A DNA stretch of 64,000 nucleotides from an uncultured Candidatus Saccharibacteria bacterium (GTDB taxonomy: Bacteria; Patescibacteriota; Minisyncoccia; Phycocordibacterales; GWA1-40-21). Where the stretch lies: NCBI GenBank assembly GCA_964513515.1, contig CAZEMP010000001.1, forward strand, positions 11,336 through 75,335. Reading direction: 5' to 3'. The notes beneath the pieces are model-generated. The model saw nothing but the letters and a program-made list of their open reading frames with translations, did no database searches and was not told the origin of the DNA. The position numbers were made by a program, and so were the translations under genes. Within the stretch, counting starts at the first letter, position 1. Each line of letters opens with the position of its first letter. Of this stretch, positions 10,796-20,646 are shown in pieces.

Positions 10796-10832
10796 AAAAC
10801 TTCTGGAATATGTTCCAGAAGTTTTTGTTTTA
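10796..10832. terminator. bidirectional hairpin AAAAACTTCTGGAATATGTTCCAGAAGTTTTTG
   Basis: Perfect 13-bp inverted repeat flanked by A-run and T-run; sits at 3' end of minus-strand gene 10834-11325. Confidence 0.55.
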
Positions 10833-10833
10833 A

Positions 10834-11325
10834 TTATTTAGTTAATGCTAACTGATCACTCCCTACTTTATCTGCCATATTCTTTTTCCAGCATTTAGAA
10901 GATGAATTCCAAGGTTTTGATCCTTCGCGGTTATATAGGTACTTTGCGTAGGCCATATTACCTTCAAGGGATTTGAGATCAAGTCCAAGTTCCTCTGCCT
11001 TCTCTGCATGATAGTATTCGTTTATCTGCATGAGACCTAAGTCACCCTTATTTACCTCACCTCTTAAAATGTTACCGTTTTTGTCTAAATGTCTAAATCT
11101 AGATTCACATCTGGCAATTTCTACAAGTATTGGATCATCTTTGAAATAAGCTCTCGCCTTTTTCTCTAATTCATTTCTTGTTGGTACACTTGTAGTAGCT
11201 TTTTCTTCTACTCTTGCAGAAGCTCCAGGGGCTGTAGTTGTTGATACAACCGGCTCCATGGCATATGTGGTTCCTCCATATATTGAAGAAAACACAAATA
11301 ATGACGTTGTTATAATTTCTATCAT
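10834..11325 (-). CDS. lytic transglycosylase-like (SLT/lysozyme-like) secreted protein
   Basis: N-terminal signal/TM; CESRFRH...GDLGLMQINE...AYAKYLY resembles the E-S / GLMQ / AYN signature of SLT domains. Confidence 0.5.
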   Translation of the reverse strand: MIEIITTSLFVFSSIYGGTTYAMEPVVSTTTAPGASARVEEKATTSVPTRNELEKKARAYFKDDPILVEIARCESRFRHLDKNGNILRGEVNKGDLGLMQINEYYHAEKAEELGLDLKSLEGNMAYAKYLYNREGSKPWNSSSKCWKKNMADKVGSDQLALTK

Positions 11326-11501
11326 ATTTAAAAGCAGAGCTGTCTCTGCTTCAGATATATAGTATCATACCTGCTTTTACAAGTCAATAGGTAGACCATT
11401 ATTTTTATCATTGGTCAAATAGTAAAAAATGGCTTTGTTGAGCCATTTTTTACTTGATTTTGACATAAAATTATGGTCTGATTTTTAGCTACTTTTAAGC
11501 T

Positions 11502-12098
11502 CTATTTTTTGTTTAGCCATGGTATTTCAAACTCTTCAAACTCAGGTAAAAGCTTCTTGTCATAAAGGAGTCTTGAGATGGCTTCTCCAGCTATTTTTGC
11601 ACCATTCAAAGCATTATGTGGATGAGGTTCGGCCGGTATTCCAACATATTTCATAATTTTATCAGAATTTAAATCTGTTCTATGATTTGCAACAGGAGGT
11701 ATTATTCCCCTCTTTATCATGTGCATAAAACACAAAGAGTGTTGATCGATAGTTCTAAAAGCAAAAGGCCAAGGAAGATGGGCGCGGTTGGCGGTCATGT
11801 GTATAAAATCTCTATCAAAAGATGGGTTTTGTCCTGCAAAAGTGTGTTCTTGTACTGTTTCCGCCCACTTTATAAAACTTTTTACGAGCTCCGCATCAGA
11901 TTGTTTATTAGGATCAAGGGCTTGTTCTTTATTGAAACCATTTATAAGAAGTGCATCTTTGTTTATATGAGCACCATCCCAAACCCTACATTCTCCGTAG
12001 AATTGATTTTTAGGATTATCAAAATCAAAAGCTCCGATTGATAAGATAGAATTCTTATTTTTGTCTACACCACTTGCCTCTACATCTAATATGATCAT
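11502..12098 (-). CDS. DEDDh-type 3'-5' exonuclease (DnaQ/RNase T-like)
   Basis: MIILDVEASG (Exo I D-x-E), SFDRDF (Exo II), HNALNGA (Exo III H-x4-D-like) motifs. Confidence 0.55.
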   Translation of the reverse strand: MIILDVEASGVDKNKNSILSIGAFDFDNPKNQFYGECRVWDGAHINKDALLINGFNKEQALDPNKQSDAELVKSFIKWAETVQEHTFAGQNPSFDRDFIHMTANRAHLPWPFAFRTIDQHSLCFMHMIKRGIIPPVANHRTDLNSDKIMKYVGIPAEPHPHNALNGAKIAGEAISRLLYDKKLLPEFEEFEIPWLNKK

Positions 12099-12129
12099 GT
12101 TTTTAATTTTAACATAAAATTATTAATAT

Positions 12130-12555
12130 TTATTTTAATCCTGGGCAATTTGCGGAAGGACTAAGTCCAGCCAGTCTTGCTTCTTCAATACTTTTAAACC
12201 AAACTTTATTTTCTTCTTTTATTTTTGATACTCCTGTGCACCAAGGATAGTAATATTTTGTCCCTGATTTTGATGCTACCACTTCCGCTTTCTGATTCTG
12301 CGCCACATCAGAAGTAAGCACAGCAGATAGGACCTTTTCTTGTGTCCTTAAGATGGAAATAGGTACTTTGTTTTTTTCATAGGCGGATATTTTACCAAGG
12401 CCATATGATGCAGTACCAACTAGAATTATCATAAGTACAATATATAAATCATCCTTAATTTTTAGACCCTTTTCATGACTATAAAAGGCATCCCTCATAT
12501 TGGCAAAATGTAGCTTGATTTTTTCTAAAAAATCTTTTATACTCTTCATATACAA
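12130..12555 (-). CDS. hypothetical membrane-anchored protein with small Cys-containing C-terminal domain
   Basis: One TM helix; C-terminal YYYPWC...FKSIEEARLAGLSPSANC loosely resembles Ada-type metal-binding domain topology (only 2 Cys). Confidence 0.35.
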   Translation of the reverse strand: MYMKSIKDFLEKIKLHFANMRDAFYSHEKGLKIKDDLYIVLMIILVGTASYGLGKISAYEKNKVPISILRTQEKVLSAVLTSDVAQNQKAEVVASKSGTKYYYPWCTGVSKIKEENKVWFKSIEEARLAGLSPSANCPGLK

Positions 12556-12610
12556 GTTATTGTATCAGGTCCCTACGAAAAGGGACAATTAATTAAATCA
12601 AGATAATAAA

Positions 12611-12883
12611 ATGGCACATAAGAAGGCGGCTGGTTCGTCAAAAAACGGAAGAGATTCAGGTCCAAGATACCTTGGCGTGAAGATCAATGACGGCGAAATG
12701 GTCAAAGTAGGGCAAATAATTCTAAGACAAAAAGGCAGAGACACTCTTGCTGGTAAGAATATTGGTATTGGAAAGGATCATACACTTTTTGCGCTTAAGG
12801 ATGGAGTTGTAGAATTTGGTACAAAAAGAAAGAATAATTTTGATTCTACAATTACAAGAAGAAATATTATAAATATCAAATAA
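12611..12883 (+). CDS. rpmA: 50S ribosomal protein L27
   Basis: [16 protein letters not shown]...GKDHTLFA is the canonical L27 sequence. Confidence 0.9.
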   Translation: MAHKKAAGSSKNGRDSGPRYLGVKINDGEMVKVGQIILRQKGRDTLAGKNIGIGKDHTLFALKDGVVEFGTKRKNNFDSTITRRNIINIK

Positions 12884-12884
12884 A

Positions 12885-12917
12885 CAAAAAACTGCCAAAA
12901 GGCAGATTTTTGTTTAT
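12885..12917. terminator. bidirectional terminator AAAAACTGCCAAAAGGCAGATTTTTG between rpmA (+) and rplI (-)
   Basis: Hairpin flanked by A- and T-runs, convergent genes. Confidence 0.55.
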
Positions 12918-12936
12918 CAGAAATCCAGAATCTATT

Positions 12937-13380
12937 TTATTGAGGCTTAACGTTTATCTTTAGTTTGTATTCAGCCCCTTCAATTTTTAGATTAATAACA
13001 TGGTCACCTATTTCCTTAAGTGGCTTCTCCATTTCAAAATGTTCTGCGCAAAGTATCACGCCAGTTTCTTTTTTAAATTCCTCTATAATCTCTTCTGGAT
13101 GTATTCCTGCAAAAAGATGTCCTTTTTCATTTACCTTTCCACTTATATGAAGCTTACCGTCAGGTAGTTTGGTAACAGCATATTCGTATGCTTTTTTAAA
13201 CTCTTCTTTCATGAGCGCGCTCTGCTTTTTCTTTGCCTCTACCATTTTTAAATAGCTCGCTGTGGCTGGCACGGCTATATTGTTTGGTATAAGAGAGTTT
13301 AACGCATATCCATCAGCAACATCTTTTATCTCATATTTCTTACCAATTTTCTTTACATCTTTTAGAAGTATTATTTTCAT
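12937..13380 (-). CDS. rplI: 50S ribosomal protein L9
   Basis: MKIILLKDVKKIGKKYEIKDVADGYALNSLIP matches L9 N-domain. Confidence 0.85.
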   Translation of the reverse strand: MKIILLKDVKKIGKKYEIKDVADGYALNSLIPNNIAVPATASYLKMVEAKKKQSALMKEEFKKAYEYAVTKLPDGKLHISGKVNEKGHLFAGIHPEEIIEEFKKETGVILCAEHFEMEKPLKEIGDHVINLKIEGAEYKLKINVKPQ

Positions 13381-13437
13381 ATTTATATATTGTTACTGAT
13401 AATTTGTTATTAAAATTATACTAGCACTTACATCATT

Positions 13438-14658
13438 CTATTTCAATATTTCAATAGCCTTATCCATCTGCGGATCTCTACCATCTTTTAGGTCTTCTGC
13501 TGTCATTTTTACTTCATAATCTGGTGTAAGACCACCGTCTGATATAGATATTCCGTTTGGTGTAAGCCAACGAGCTATTGTTACTTTGAGTGATGTGTCA
13601 GGAGTAACTTTTATAAGTTCTTGAACAGATCCCTTACCAAATGTTTTTATTCCAACAATTTTTGCAATTTTATGTTCTTGTAGGGCTCCTGCTAATATTT
13701 CAGATGCTGAAGCAGAACCACTGTCTGCCAATATAACCATTTTTAACATATCAGTAAAAATATTATATCCTCTACTTCTATATACACGCTCTTCAGTATT
13801 TGGTCCAAAGTTTTCTCTAACAACAGGTTTGCCTAGTGGAAGGAACCAGCTTGCCATATCCACTGCAGATTCTAAAAATCCTCCAGGATTACCTCTTAAA
13901 TCTAGTACCAGCTTATATTTACCAGATTCTAGAAATTCTCTAAGTGCAAACCTAAATTTATCTGATGAAAGTGCGTAAAAATTATAAAGTTTTATAATAA
14001 AAACATCATCCTTGATTTCTGTTTCTGCTGTAGGTACGTCAATTATTCCTCTTATAATTTTTATTTCTACGGGGACAGTAGTACCTTCCCTTTCAAAAGT
14101 AATAGTAACTTCTGTTCCGGCCTTTCCTCTGATGAGTTTGACTGCCTCGTTTACAGACATATTTGTAGCGTCTTTCCCATCTATCTTAAGTAAGACATCA
14201 CCTTTCATAACACCAGCCTTATATGCCGGAGTTCCTTTCAGTGGGGCGACTACCACAAGTTTTTTATCTTTAATTCCCAATTCCATACCAACACCTTCAA
14301 AATTTCCACTTATGTCACTTTCAAAAGATTTACTATCTTCTGGTGGCATAAAAACTGTATACGGATCTCCATATGAGTTGGTCAAACCTTGTATTGCACC
14401 CCAAAGTTTGTCTTGAGAGCCTATTTTCTTTGCATCATCATGAGTGTAAACAAATTTTTGATCTAGTATTGCCCATGTCGCCCAAAAGGCTGCTAGGTCT
14501 ACAGTTGAAGAAGCTGACGATAATGAATTAAGAATTTCTGGTTTTTTATAACCAGTTCTTTGCTCAGATTTACCATAATATATACCCGATCCGAATGAAA
14601 CAGCTATTAAAAAAGCTGTAATTAAAACTATTTTATATTTCTTTAAATCATTTTCCAT
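13438..14658 (-). CDS. ctpA: carboxyl-terminal processing protease (S41) with PDZ domain
   Basis: PDZ segment (GVMKGDVLLKIDG) and S41 catalytic region (DLRGNPGG...ILADSGSASASE). Confidence 0.8.
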   Translation of the reverse strand: MENDLKKYKIVLITAFLIAVSFGSGIYYGKSEQRTGYKKPEILNSLSSASSTVDLAAFWATWAILDQKFVYTHDDAKKIGSQDKLWGAIQGLTNSYGDPYTVFMPPEDSKSFESDISGNFEGVGMELGIKDKKLVVVAPLKGTPAYKAGVMKGDVLLKIDGKDATNMSVNEAVKLIRGKAGTEVTITFEREGTTVPVEIKIIRGIIDVPTAETEIKDDVFIIKLYNFYALSSDKFRFALREFLESGKYKLVLDLRGNPGGFLESAVDMASWFLPLGKPVVRENFGPNTEERVYRSRGYNIFTDMLKMVILADSGSASASEILAGALQEHKIAKIVGIKTFGKGSVQELIKVTPDTSLKVTIARWLTPNGISISDGGLTPDYEVKMTAEDLKDGRDPQMDKAIEILK

Positions 14659-14776
14659 TAGTACTGCATTATCTCAAAATAAGTCATCATTGTCTACAAT
14701 AAATAGTTCTCTTTCTTTTACACTTTGGTCATGATAAAATCTACTTATATATTACCTTATTAATTAATAAAATATT

Positions 14777-15301
14777 ATGCAAAGAGAAGAACCATTATCA
14801 AGAAGTGAATTGAGAAAAACGAGACCGTCAATGAGACATCTTTATATATCTCAAAGAGAACAACTTACTGCCACTCAAAGATTTGCAACATGGATTACAG
14901 AGAGTATAGGTACAATGGGTTTTTTCTACATATTAGTTGTTTGGACAGCCCTTTGGATGGGTTGGAATTTCTTAGCTTCAGAAAATTTACGGTTTGATAC
15001 TGTACCAACCTTCTTTGTTTGGATTTTTATATCAAACATGATGCAGCTTTTCTTTTTACCAATCATTATGGTGGGACAAAATCTTCAAGGTTTTCATGCG
15101 GATGCTCGTGCCCAAGCAGATTTTGAGCTAAATCAGATCGCAGAAAGAGAGATAGATACAGTATTGATACATCTTGAGAATCAAAATGAGCATATATTAA
15201 ATGTGACCGAAAATACTGATAAGATTTTGAAACACCTTGAAAATCAGAATGATCTTATTATAAGTATATTGAAGGAGCTAAAAGGTGGTTCTAAAAAATA
15301 A
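14777..15301 (+). CDS. hypothetical membrane protein (DUF1003-like)
   Basis: Two TM helices followed by coiled-coil tail; family assignment from memory only. Confidence 0.4.
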   Translation: MQREEPLSRSELRKTRPSMRHLYISQREQLTATQRFATWITESIGTMGFFYILVVWTALWMGWNFLASENLRFDTVPTFFVWIFISNMMQLFFLPIIMVGQNLQGFHADARAQADFELNQIAEREIDTVLIHLENQNEHILNVTENTDKILKHLENQNDLIISILKELKGGSKK

Positions 15302-15309
15302 CTGATAAA

Positions 15310-16758
15310 ATGTTGAGCTTTTTTAGAAATATATTTAAAAATAATTATAAGGATATTTATCTTTATAATACTCTTACTAGAAAGAAGGATTTATTTAAGC
15401 CAATTAAATCTGGGAAGCTTTCTTTTTATCAATGTGGACCAACGGTATATTGGGTTCAACATATTGGTAATATGCGAGCGATGGTGATTGCAGATATTTT
15501 GGATAGAAGCTTTAAATATTTAGGCTATAGTGTCAAATTTGTACGCAATTATACTGACGTTGGTCATCTTACTTCAGATCAGGATTCGGGAGAGGATAAA
15601 ATGGAAAAGGCATCAAAAAGAGAAAACGCTTCAGTAAAAGAAATATCAGAAAAATATGTAAAGGTATTTGAAAATGATGTAAATGAGCTCAATACCCTAT
15701 CTCCAGATTACAAACCTAAAGCGACAGAATATGTTGATGAAATGATCAGTATGGTTTCTACTTTACTTCAAAAAGGTTTTGCTTATAGCACAGACCTCGC
15801 GGTATATTTTGATGTTTCCAAGGTACAAGATTATACAAAATTATCCAAACAGAATCTTGAAGAAAATATTTCAGGTGCCGGAACGGGTGATGTTGAGGAT
15901 CCACAAAAGAAACACCCAGCAGATTTTTCTCTTTGGTTCTTTAAGGCTGGTAAACATAAAAATGCATTACAGTATTGGAAATCTCCTTTTAATTCTGCTC
16001 TTGTTTCAAGTGGAGAAGGTTTTCCTGGATGGCACATTGAATGTTCGGCAATGATAAGAAAGCTTCTTGGAAAAACTATAGATATTCATATGGGAGGTAT
16101 AGAGCATGTTCCAGTCCACCACACCAATGAAATAGCTCAAAGTGAGTCAGTAAACGATGTTCCGTTAGCAAATTATTGGCTACATAATGAATGGTTGGTT
16201 ACAAACAATGCAAAGATGGCAAAATCAGAAGGCACAAGCATTACTTTGGCAGACATAAAAGAAAAAGGTTTCAATCCCCTATCTCTGCGATTTTTCTTTT
16301 TACAAGCACATTATAGATCAAGACAGAATTTTACATGGGAAGCATTGGAAGCAGCGCAAAATGGTTATAAAAATTTATTAAATCATATTGCATCTTTAGG
16401 CACACAAATTGGTAAAATAAATGAAAATTTTAAAACTTTATTTACAGAAAAGCTTACTGATGATCTTAACACCCCACAAGCCCTTGCTGTACTTTTTGAA
16501 GTTTTAAAATCGAATATTTCAAATGCAGACAAACTTGCTACGGTTCTAGATTTTGACAATGTTTTAGGACTTAGATTAAAAGGATCTATTTATAAAAAGG
16601 AAGAATTATCAATTGAGGTAAAAAATCTTATAGAATTGAGAAAAAACGCTAGAGATGCTAAAGATTGGAAGAAATCAGATGAATTAAGACATAAGATTGA
16701 GAGTATGGGTTATCAAATAAAAGATTCTTCTACTGGTTCTGATGTAAATAAGATATAA
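15310..16758 (+). CDS. cysS: cysteinyl-tRNA synthetase
   Basis: HIGNMRA (HIGH) and KMAKSEG (KMSKS) motifs; CysRS-like Zn ligand context (GWHIECS). Confidence 0.85.
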   Translation: MLSFFRNIFKNNYKDIYLYNTLTRKKDLFKPIKSGKLSFYQCGPTVYWVQHIGNMRAMVIADILDRSFKYLGYSVKFVRNYTDVGHLTSDQDSGEDKMEKASKRENASVKEISEKYVKVFENDVNELNTLSPDYKPKATEYVDEMISMVSTLLQKGFAYSTDLAVYFDVSKVQDYTKLSKQNLEENISGAGTGDVEDPQKKHPADFSLWFFKAGKHKNALQYWKSPFNSALVSSGEGFPGWHIECSAMIRKLLGKTIDIHMGGIEHVPVHHTNEIAQSESVNDVPLANYWLHNEWLVTNNAKMAKSEGTSITLADIKEKGFNPLSLRFFFLQAHYRSRQNFTWEALEAAQNGYKNLLNHIASLGTQIGKINENFKTLFTEKLTDDLNTPQALAVLFEVLKSNISNADKLATVLDFDNVLGLRLKGSIYKKEELSIEVKNLIELRKNARDAKDWKKSDELRHKIESMGYQIKDSSTGSDVNKI

Positions 16759-16860
16759 AAAGAGGTTTTTTCCTCCATAAAACCCTTTTTTTCTTTCCAC
16801 AGTTTAAACACATATTATTCTATATATATCTATTGTGGATCTTTTACTCACCATGATAAA

Positions 16861-18255
16861 ATGTTTCTCATGTCGGTTACTGAACACAGAAAAATAAATA
16901 TAAGAATTCCACCTCAAAATATAGAATCTGAGAAAGCACTTCTTGGTTCTATTATGCTTCGTCCAGAAGCACTTGTTGAGATCATGGATATTATTCGTCC
17001 AGAAGCTTTTTATGCTGATAAGCACAAAACTATTTTTGAAGCGATGGTTCATCTTTATGAAAAAAGAGAACCGATAGACCTTCTCACCCTGTCTTCAAAA
17101 CTAAAAGAATCTGTAGATTTAGACAGAATAGGTGGAATGAGCTATCTAACAGAAATAGTAAATGTTGTCCCCTCTTCCTCAAATGCAGAACACTATGCAA
17201 CTATTGTTTCTAAAAAGCACACAATGCGTAAGCTTATAGAAGCAGCAGAACATATTGCAAAAATAGGATATGACGAGGAGCATGAGATTGAAGAACTGTT
17301 AGATAGAGCTGAGAAAAAAATATACGAAGTTACTGCTAAAAATCTTTCTGGAAAATACGTAGAAATGAAAGATGTTTTAAGTGATGCTATGGAAAGACTT
17401 GATAGGCTCCATAAAACAAAAGGCGAACTTCGTGGTGTTCCTACAGGATTCAAAGATTTGGATAAGAAACTTTCTGGACTTCAAAATTCAGACCTTATAA
17501 TACTTGCAGCACGACCTTCTATGGGAAAAACTTCTCTGGCACTAGATATTGCAAGAAATGCTGCTATTCGTCACAATGTCCCTACTGCTATTTTCTCTCT
17601 AGAAATGAGTACGCAACAGCTAGTAGACAGAATGCTTTCAGCAGAGTCTAAAGTTGATGCTTGGAGACTAAGAACCGGCGCTCTAAATCTAGAAGAAGAG
17701 TTTGGAAGAATAACAGCTGCACTCGACCCTCTTTCAAAGGCTCCTTTATATATTGATGATCAAGCTGCAAATAATATTTTAAAAATACGTTCTGTTGTCA
17801 GGCGTCTTAAACATGAAAAGAAACTTGGTCTTGTGATTATAGATTACTTACAACTTATGACACCAGTTCATACAAAAGGTGGTGACAATATGGTGCAACA
17901 AATTACAGAGATTTCTCATTCTTTAAAACAATTAGCAAAAGAATTTGATATTCCAGTCATTGCTCTTTCACAGCTTTCTCGTGCTGTGGAGCAAAGAGGA
18001 GGAAAACCAAGACTTTCAGACTTGAGAGATTCTGGTTCTATTGAACAGGATGCCGATGTGGTCATGTTTATTCACCGTGACCAAAATGACGAAGGAGGTG
18101 GAAAGAAACAGAATGCAGAGATTCTTATCGAAAAACACAGAAATGGACCTACGGGTAAAATAGATCTATTCTTTGATGGAGATAAATCATCTTTTCTATC
18201 GATAGATCATTCAGCACAATTTGGGGACTTCAATAACAACCCAAGTGTCTTTTAG
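16861..18255 (+). CDS. dnaB: replicative DNA helicase
   Basis: N-terminal PPQNIESEKALLGSIML, Walker A ARPSMGKT, RecA-like C-domain. Confidence 0.85.
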   Translation: MFLMSVTEHRKINIRIPPQNIESEKALLGSIMLRPEALVEIMDIIRPEAFYADKHKTIFEAMVHLYEKREPIDLLTLSSKLKESVDLDRIGGMSYLTEIVNVVPSSSNAEHYATIVSKKHTMRKLIEAAEHIAKIGYDEEHEIEELLDRAEKKIYEVTAKNLSGKYVEMKDVLSDAMERLDRLHKTKGELRGVPTGFKDLDKKLSGLQNSDLIILAARPSMGKTSLALDIARNAAIRHNVPTAIFSLEMSTQQLVDRMLSAESKVDAWRLRTGALNLEEEFGRITAALDPLSKAPLYIDDQAANNILKIRSVVRRLKHEKKLGLVIIDYLQLMTPVHTKGGDNMVQQITEISHSLKQLAKEFDIPVIALSQLSRAVEQRGGKPRLSDLRDSGSIEQDADVVMFIHRDQNDEGGGKKQNAEILIEKHRNGPTGKIDLFFDGDKSSFLSIDHSAQFGDFNNNPSVF

Positions 18256-18260
18256 GTTGC

Positions 18261-18705
18261 GAATCAACAAATGTAACGAATAATACGAATGGCTACAAAT
18301 AAAATACAGGAAAAAGTATTATATCCAGAATTATCATATATATTAGTTGGTGTACTTTTTTCTACCCATAATGAAATTGGTCCATACGCAAGAGAAAAAC
18401 AGTATAATGATCTTATTGAAATAAAATTGAAAGAATCTAAAGTTCCATACAAACGTGAATTTAAAATAGCCGACTCTGGAAATATCCTAGATTTTTTAAT
18501 TGATAATAAGATCATATTGGAAACAAAAGCTACGAGAATTATTACAAAAGAACACTATAGACAAATACAAAATTATTTACAAGCCACTGGTATTAAACTC
18601 GGTATTCTGATAAATTTTAGTAATAGATATGTAAAGCCAATTAGAGTTTTAAAAATGGATCTATAATTATTTGTAGCCATTCGTATCATTAGTATAATTC
18701 GCATA
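18261..18705 (+). mobile_element. GxxExxY-gene element bounded by ~27-bp imperfect terminal inverted repeats (ATACGAATGGCTACAAATAA)
   Basis: The 5' repeat 18281-18305 contains the gene start codon; the reverse complement of the 3' end (18666-18705) matches the 5' end; solo and miniature copies of the repeat occur at 24308-24350 and 39555-39640. Confidence 0.4.
18289..18666 (+). CDS. GxxExxY-family protein
   Basis: 125 aa; N-terminal ...ELSYILVGVLFSTHNEIGPY... (GxxExxY-like), C-terminal GILINF typical of this family. Confidence 0.55.
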   Translation: MATNKIQEKVLYPELSYILVGVLFSTHNEIGPYAREKQYNDLIEIKLKESKVPYKREFKIADSGNILDFLIDNKIILETKATRIITKEHYRQIQNYLQATGIKLGILINFSNRYVKPIRVLKMDL

Positions 18706-18716
18706 TTTGCAAACAT

Positions 18717-19334
18717 ATGAATTCGATTGATAAACTTATTCAAATATTTTCAGAATTTCCTGGTATCGGCCCCAAGCAAGCGAGAAGATTTGTTTATTTT
18801 TTAATAAACAGAAACGAAGCTTATATTGAAGAATTAAAAAATCAAATCTCTGAACTTAGAAAGGGTGTTAGCTCTTGTTTTGATTGTAAAAGGTACTTTT
18901 TTTCAAAGTTCGACACCCAAACTTTATGTAGTATTTGTTCAGATAAAACTCGGGACACAAGTATACTTATGATAGTAAGTCGTGATATAGATTTGGAAAA
19001 TATTGAAAAAGGACACAGTTTTCTTGGTAAATATTTTGTACTTGGTGGACTTGTACCAATACTTGATAAAAATCCTGAGCAAAGGATTCGTTTGAAAGAA
19101 CTTTTAGCTCTTGTGAGTAGAATGTCAGACAAAGGTTTGAAAGAAATAATATTGGGTCTTGATGCAAACTCTGAGGCCGAATATACAGGTAATATTTTGA
19201 AAACTTCCCTCTCCCCCATCACAGAAAAATATTCTATAAAAATATCTGAGCTTGGTCGCGGACTTTCTACAGGAACAGAGCTTGAATATTCTGATCCAGA
19301 AACTATTAAGAATGCATTGAAGAATAGAAGTTGA
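18717..19334 (+). CDS. recR: recombination protein RecR
   Basis: FPGIGPKQARRFVYFL HhH motif, C4 zinc finger (CFDCK...CSICSD), Toprim domain. Confidence 0.85.
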   Translation: MNSIDKLIQIFSEFPGIGPKQARRFVYFLINRNEAYIEELKNQISELRKGVSSCFDCKRYFFSKFDTQTLCSICSDKTRDTSILMIVSRDIDLENIEKGHSFLGKYFVLGGLVPILDKNPEQRIRLKELLALVSRMSDKGLKEIILGLDANSEAEYTGNILKTSLSPITEKYSIKISELGRGLSTGTELEYSDPETIKNALKNRS

Positions 19335-19345
19335 AAGTAAAAGGA

Positions 19346-19381
19346 AAGGCGGCATGCAGTTTAGTAACCACACGCCGCCTT
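19346..19381. terminator. hairpin AAGGCGGC...GCCGCCTT between recR and convergent island gene
   Basis: 8-bp GC stem, convergent gene ends on both sides. Confidence 0.45.
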
Positions 19382-19395
19382 CAGTTGGAAACATT

Positions 19396-19845
19396 CTACA
19401 CACGGGACACCGTCCTTATGTAGAGATTTCCGGAAAATCTCCCGATGACATACTTTGTCATAACGAGAGAATTTTCTGACAGTGTGTTAAAGAACTTTTT
19501 TGAGACTGACACGCTGTCTTGCTTACCATCAAGCCTCACCCACACAGACCAGTTGGCTGGCTCGGTTACGAAGTGAGGCATGCTGGTTTTCGTGGCCGCA
19601 TTGGGTATTAGGATCATCTTAGTGTGTGATGGGGTGAACCTTTTTTTAACCACACGGCCCACTTTTCGACTCGGTTTCAGAAACCATGAGTCGAGTACTA
19701 AGAACAAACCTTCTAGGATGAGCCATATCGATATTAGGACGCTCACCAGTAGGATGATCATGACGATTGTGCCAAGAGGCCAATCGCAGATCCCCCATCT
19801 GATCATAGTCCACAGTTCGTTCAAGAAACTCATGATGTCCTCCAT
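19396..19845 (-). CDS. hypothetical membrane protein (G+C-richer island, gene 0)
   Basis: Annotated ORF extends to 19866 by a TTG start. The first ATG is at 19845, but a GGAGGA SD 4 nt upstream of a second ATG at 19833 favours the shorter start. Minus-strand promoter TTGACT-17-TACAAT at approx. 19885-19915; one TM helix. Confidence 0.4.
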   Translation of the reverse strand: MEDIMSFLNELWTMIRWGICDWPLGTIVMIILLVSVLISIWLILEGLFLVLDSWFLKPSRKVGRVVKKRFTPSHTKMILIPNAATKTSMPHFVTEPANWSVWVRLDGKQDSVSVSKKFFNTLSENSLVMTKYVIGRFSGNLYIRTVSRV

Positions 19846-19973
19846 AGGGTACGATTTACCACTCAATATTCACTCTATCAATTGTAACATACTAAATAAT
19901 AATAGTCAATATTTATGTATAATTAATAAATTTATTCTTTAAATTATAGTTTCATCGGTTTTTAAAAGTAGAA

Positions 19974-20001
19974 GAGCCCCTCCGTTGCCGGAGGGGCTCT
20001 C
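19974..20001 (-). terminator. hairpin AGAGCCCCTCCGTTGCCGGAGGGGCTCT (copy 1 of 2)
   Basis: 11-bp GC stem immediately downstream of minus gene 20023-20511; identical hairpin at 20608-20633. Confidence 0.6.
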
Positions 20002-20022
20002 TTGAATCCTAGAGCTGAAAGC

Positions 20023-20511
20023 TCAGGGATTTTTTTGTTCTTCTTCTTCGATGGCGACACCGGCGTACCACATGGTGTCTTCCCAGCCCACGTCGTTGCG
20101 AACGACGCAGACGAACCGTTCACCTTCCTTGGCATCACCCTTTGGCTTCTCCACGTAGAAGGTAGCGGAGCACCAGTTGCCGTTCTCATCCTGCCAGTGG
20201 GTAGTGTTCGGCCTGGTGTCGATCAGATGCGGATCTTCCTCATTCTTGGCAGCGAGCGAGTACGGATCGGCAGGCACGAGCCCCCGCTTCGCATACTCCA
20301 CATCCGCCGTTTCGTGTGTGAGGAATTTGCCTGGACAGAAAAGGTGGATTTTGACTTTATCCCCCTTTCCTCTCGGCATCTTCGCGACAACCTCGTCGGT
20401 CGTGAGTTTCCTCAGACCAGTCGCATCGAGTGCCTCATGTGGCGATCTCGAACGAATGACCGGGACTTCGTAGACTTCTTCCATCATCGTATTGATCTGG
20501 CCTCCCATCAT
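20023..20511 (-). CDS. hypothetical protein (G+C-richer island, gene 1)
   Basis: 162 aa; minus-strand promoter TTGATA-17-TATAGT and SD TAGGAGAGGTGA 7 nt upstream of ATG; no recognisable family. Confidence 0.45.
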   Translation of the reverse strand: MMGGQINTMMEEVYEVPVIRSRSPHEALDATGLRKLTTDEVVAKMPRGKGDKVKIHLFCPGKFLTHETADVEYAKRGLVPADPYSLAAKNEEDPHLIDTRPNTTHWQDENGNWCSATFYVEKPKGDAKEGERFVCVVRNDVGWEDTMWYAGVAIEEEEQKNP

Positions 20512-20607
20512 GCGTCGTCACCTCTCCTAGAATAAAAAATTACTGCAGAGAACATTTCTGGAAAACTATACACTTTATATTTGTATATATCAAGAGATTA
20601 AAAGAAT

Positions 20608-20633
20608 GAGCCCCTCCGTTGCCGGAGGGGCTC
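20608..20633 (-). terminator. hairpin GAGCCCCTCCGTTGCCGGAGGGGCTC (copy 2)
   Basis: Identical to 19974-20001; downstream of minus gene 20647-21093. Confidence 0.6.
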
Positions 20634-20646
20634 TCTGAACTCTTAG

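Noticed and set aside
10670-10855. 61-aa ORF in the intergenic region before the lytic transglycosylase gene
   Set aside because: Its C-terminus translates the bidirectional terminator hairpin at 10796-10832, and it has no SD. The region is more likely a UTR or small RNA. I could not confirm any RNA family, including an SRP-like motif I looked for.
20002-20535. 177-aa plus-strand ORF fully overlapping minus-strand gene 20023-20511
   Set aside because: It has no promoter or SD upstream, and a terminator hairpin sits immediately before its start. The antisense gene has a clear promoter and SD. Long antisense ORFs are expected in G+C-rich coding sequence.
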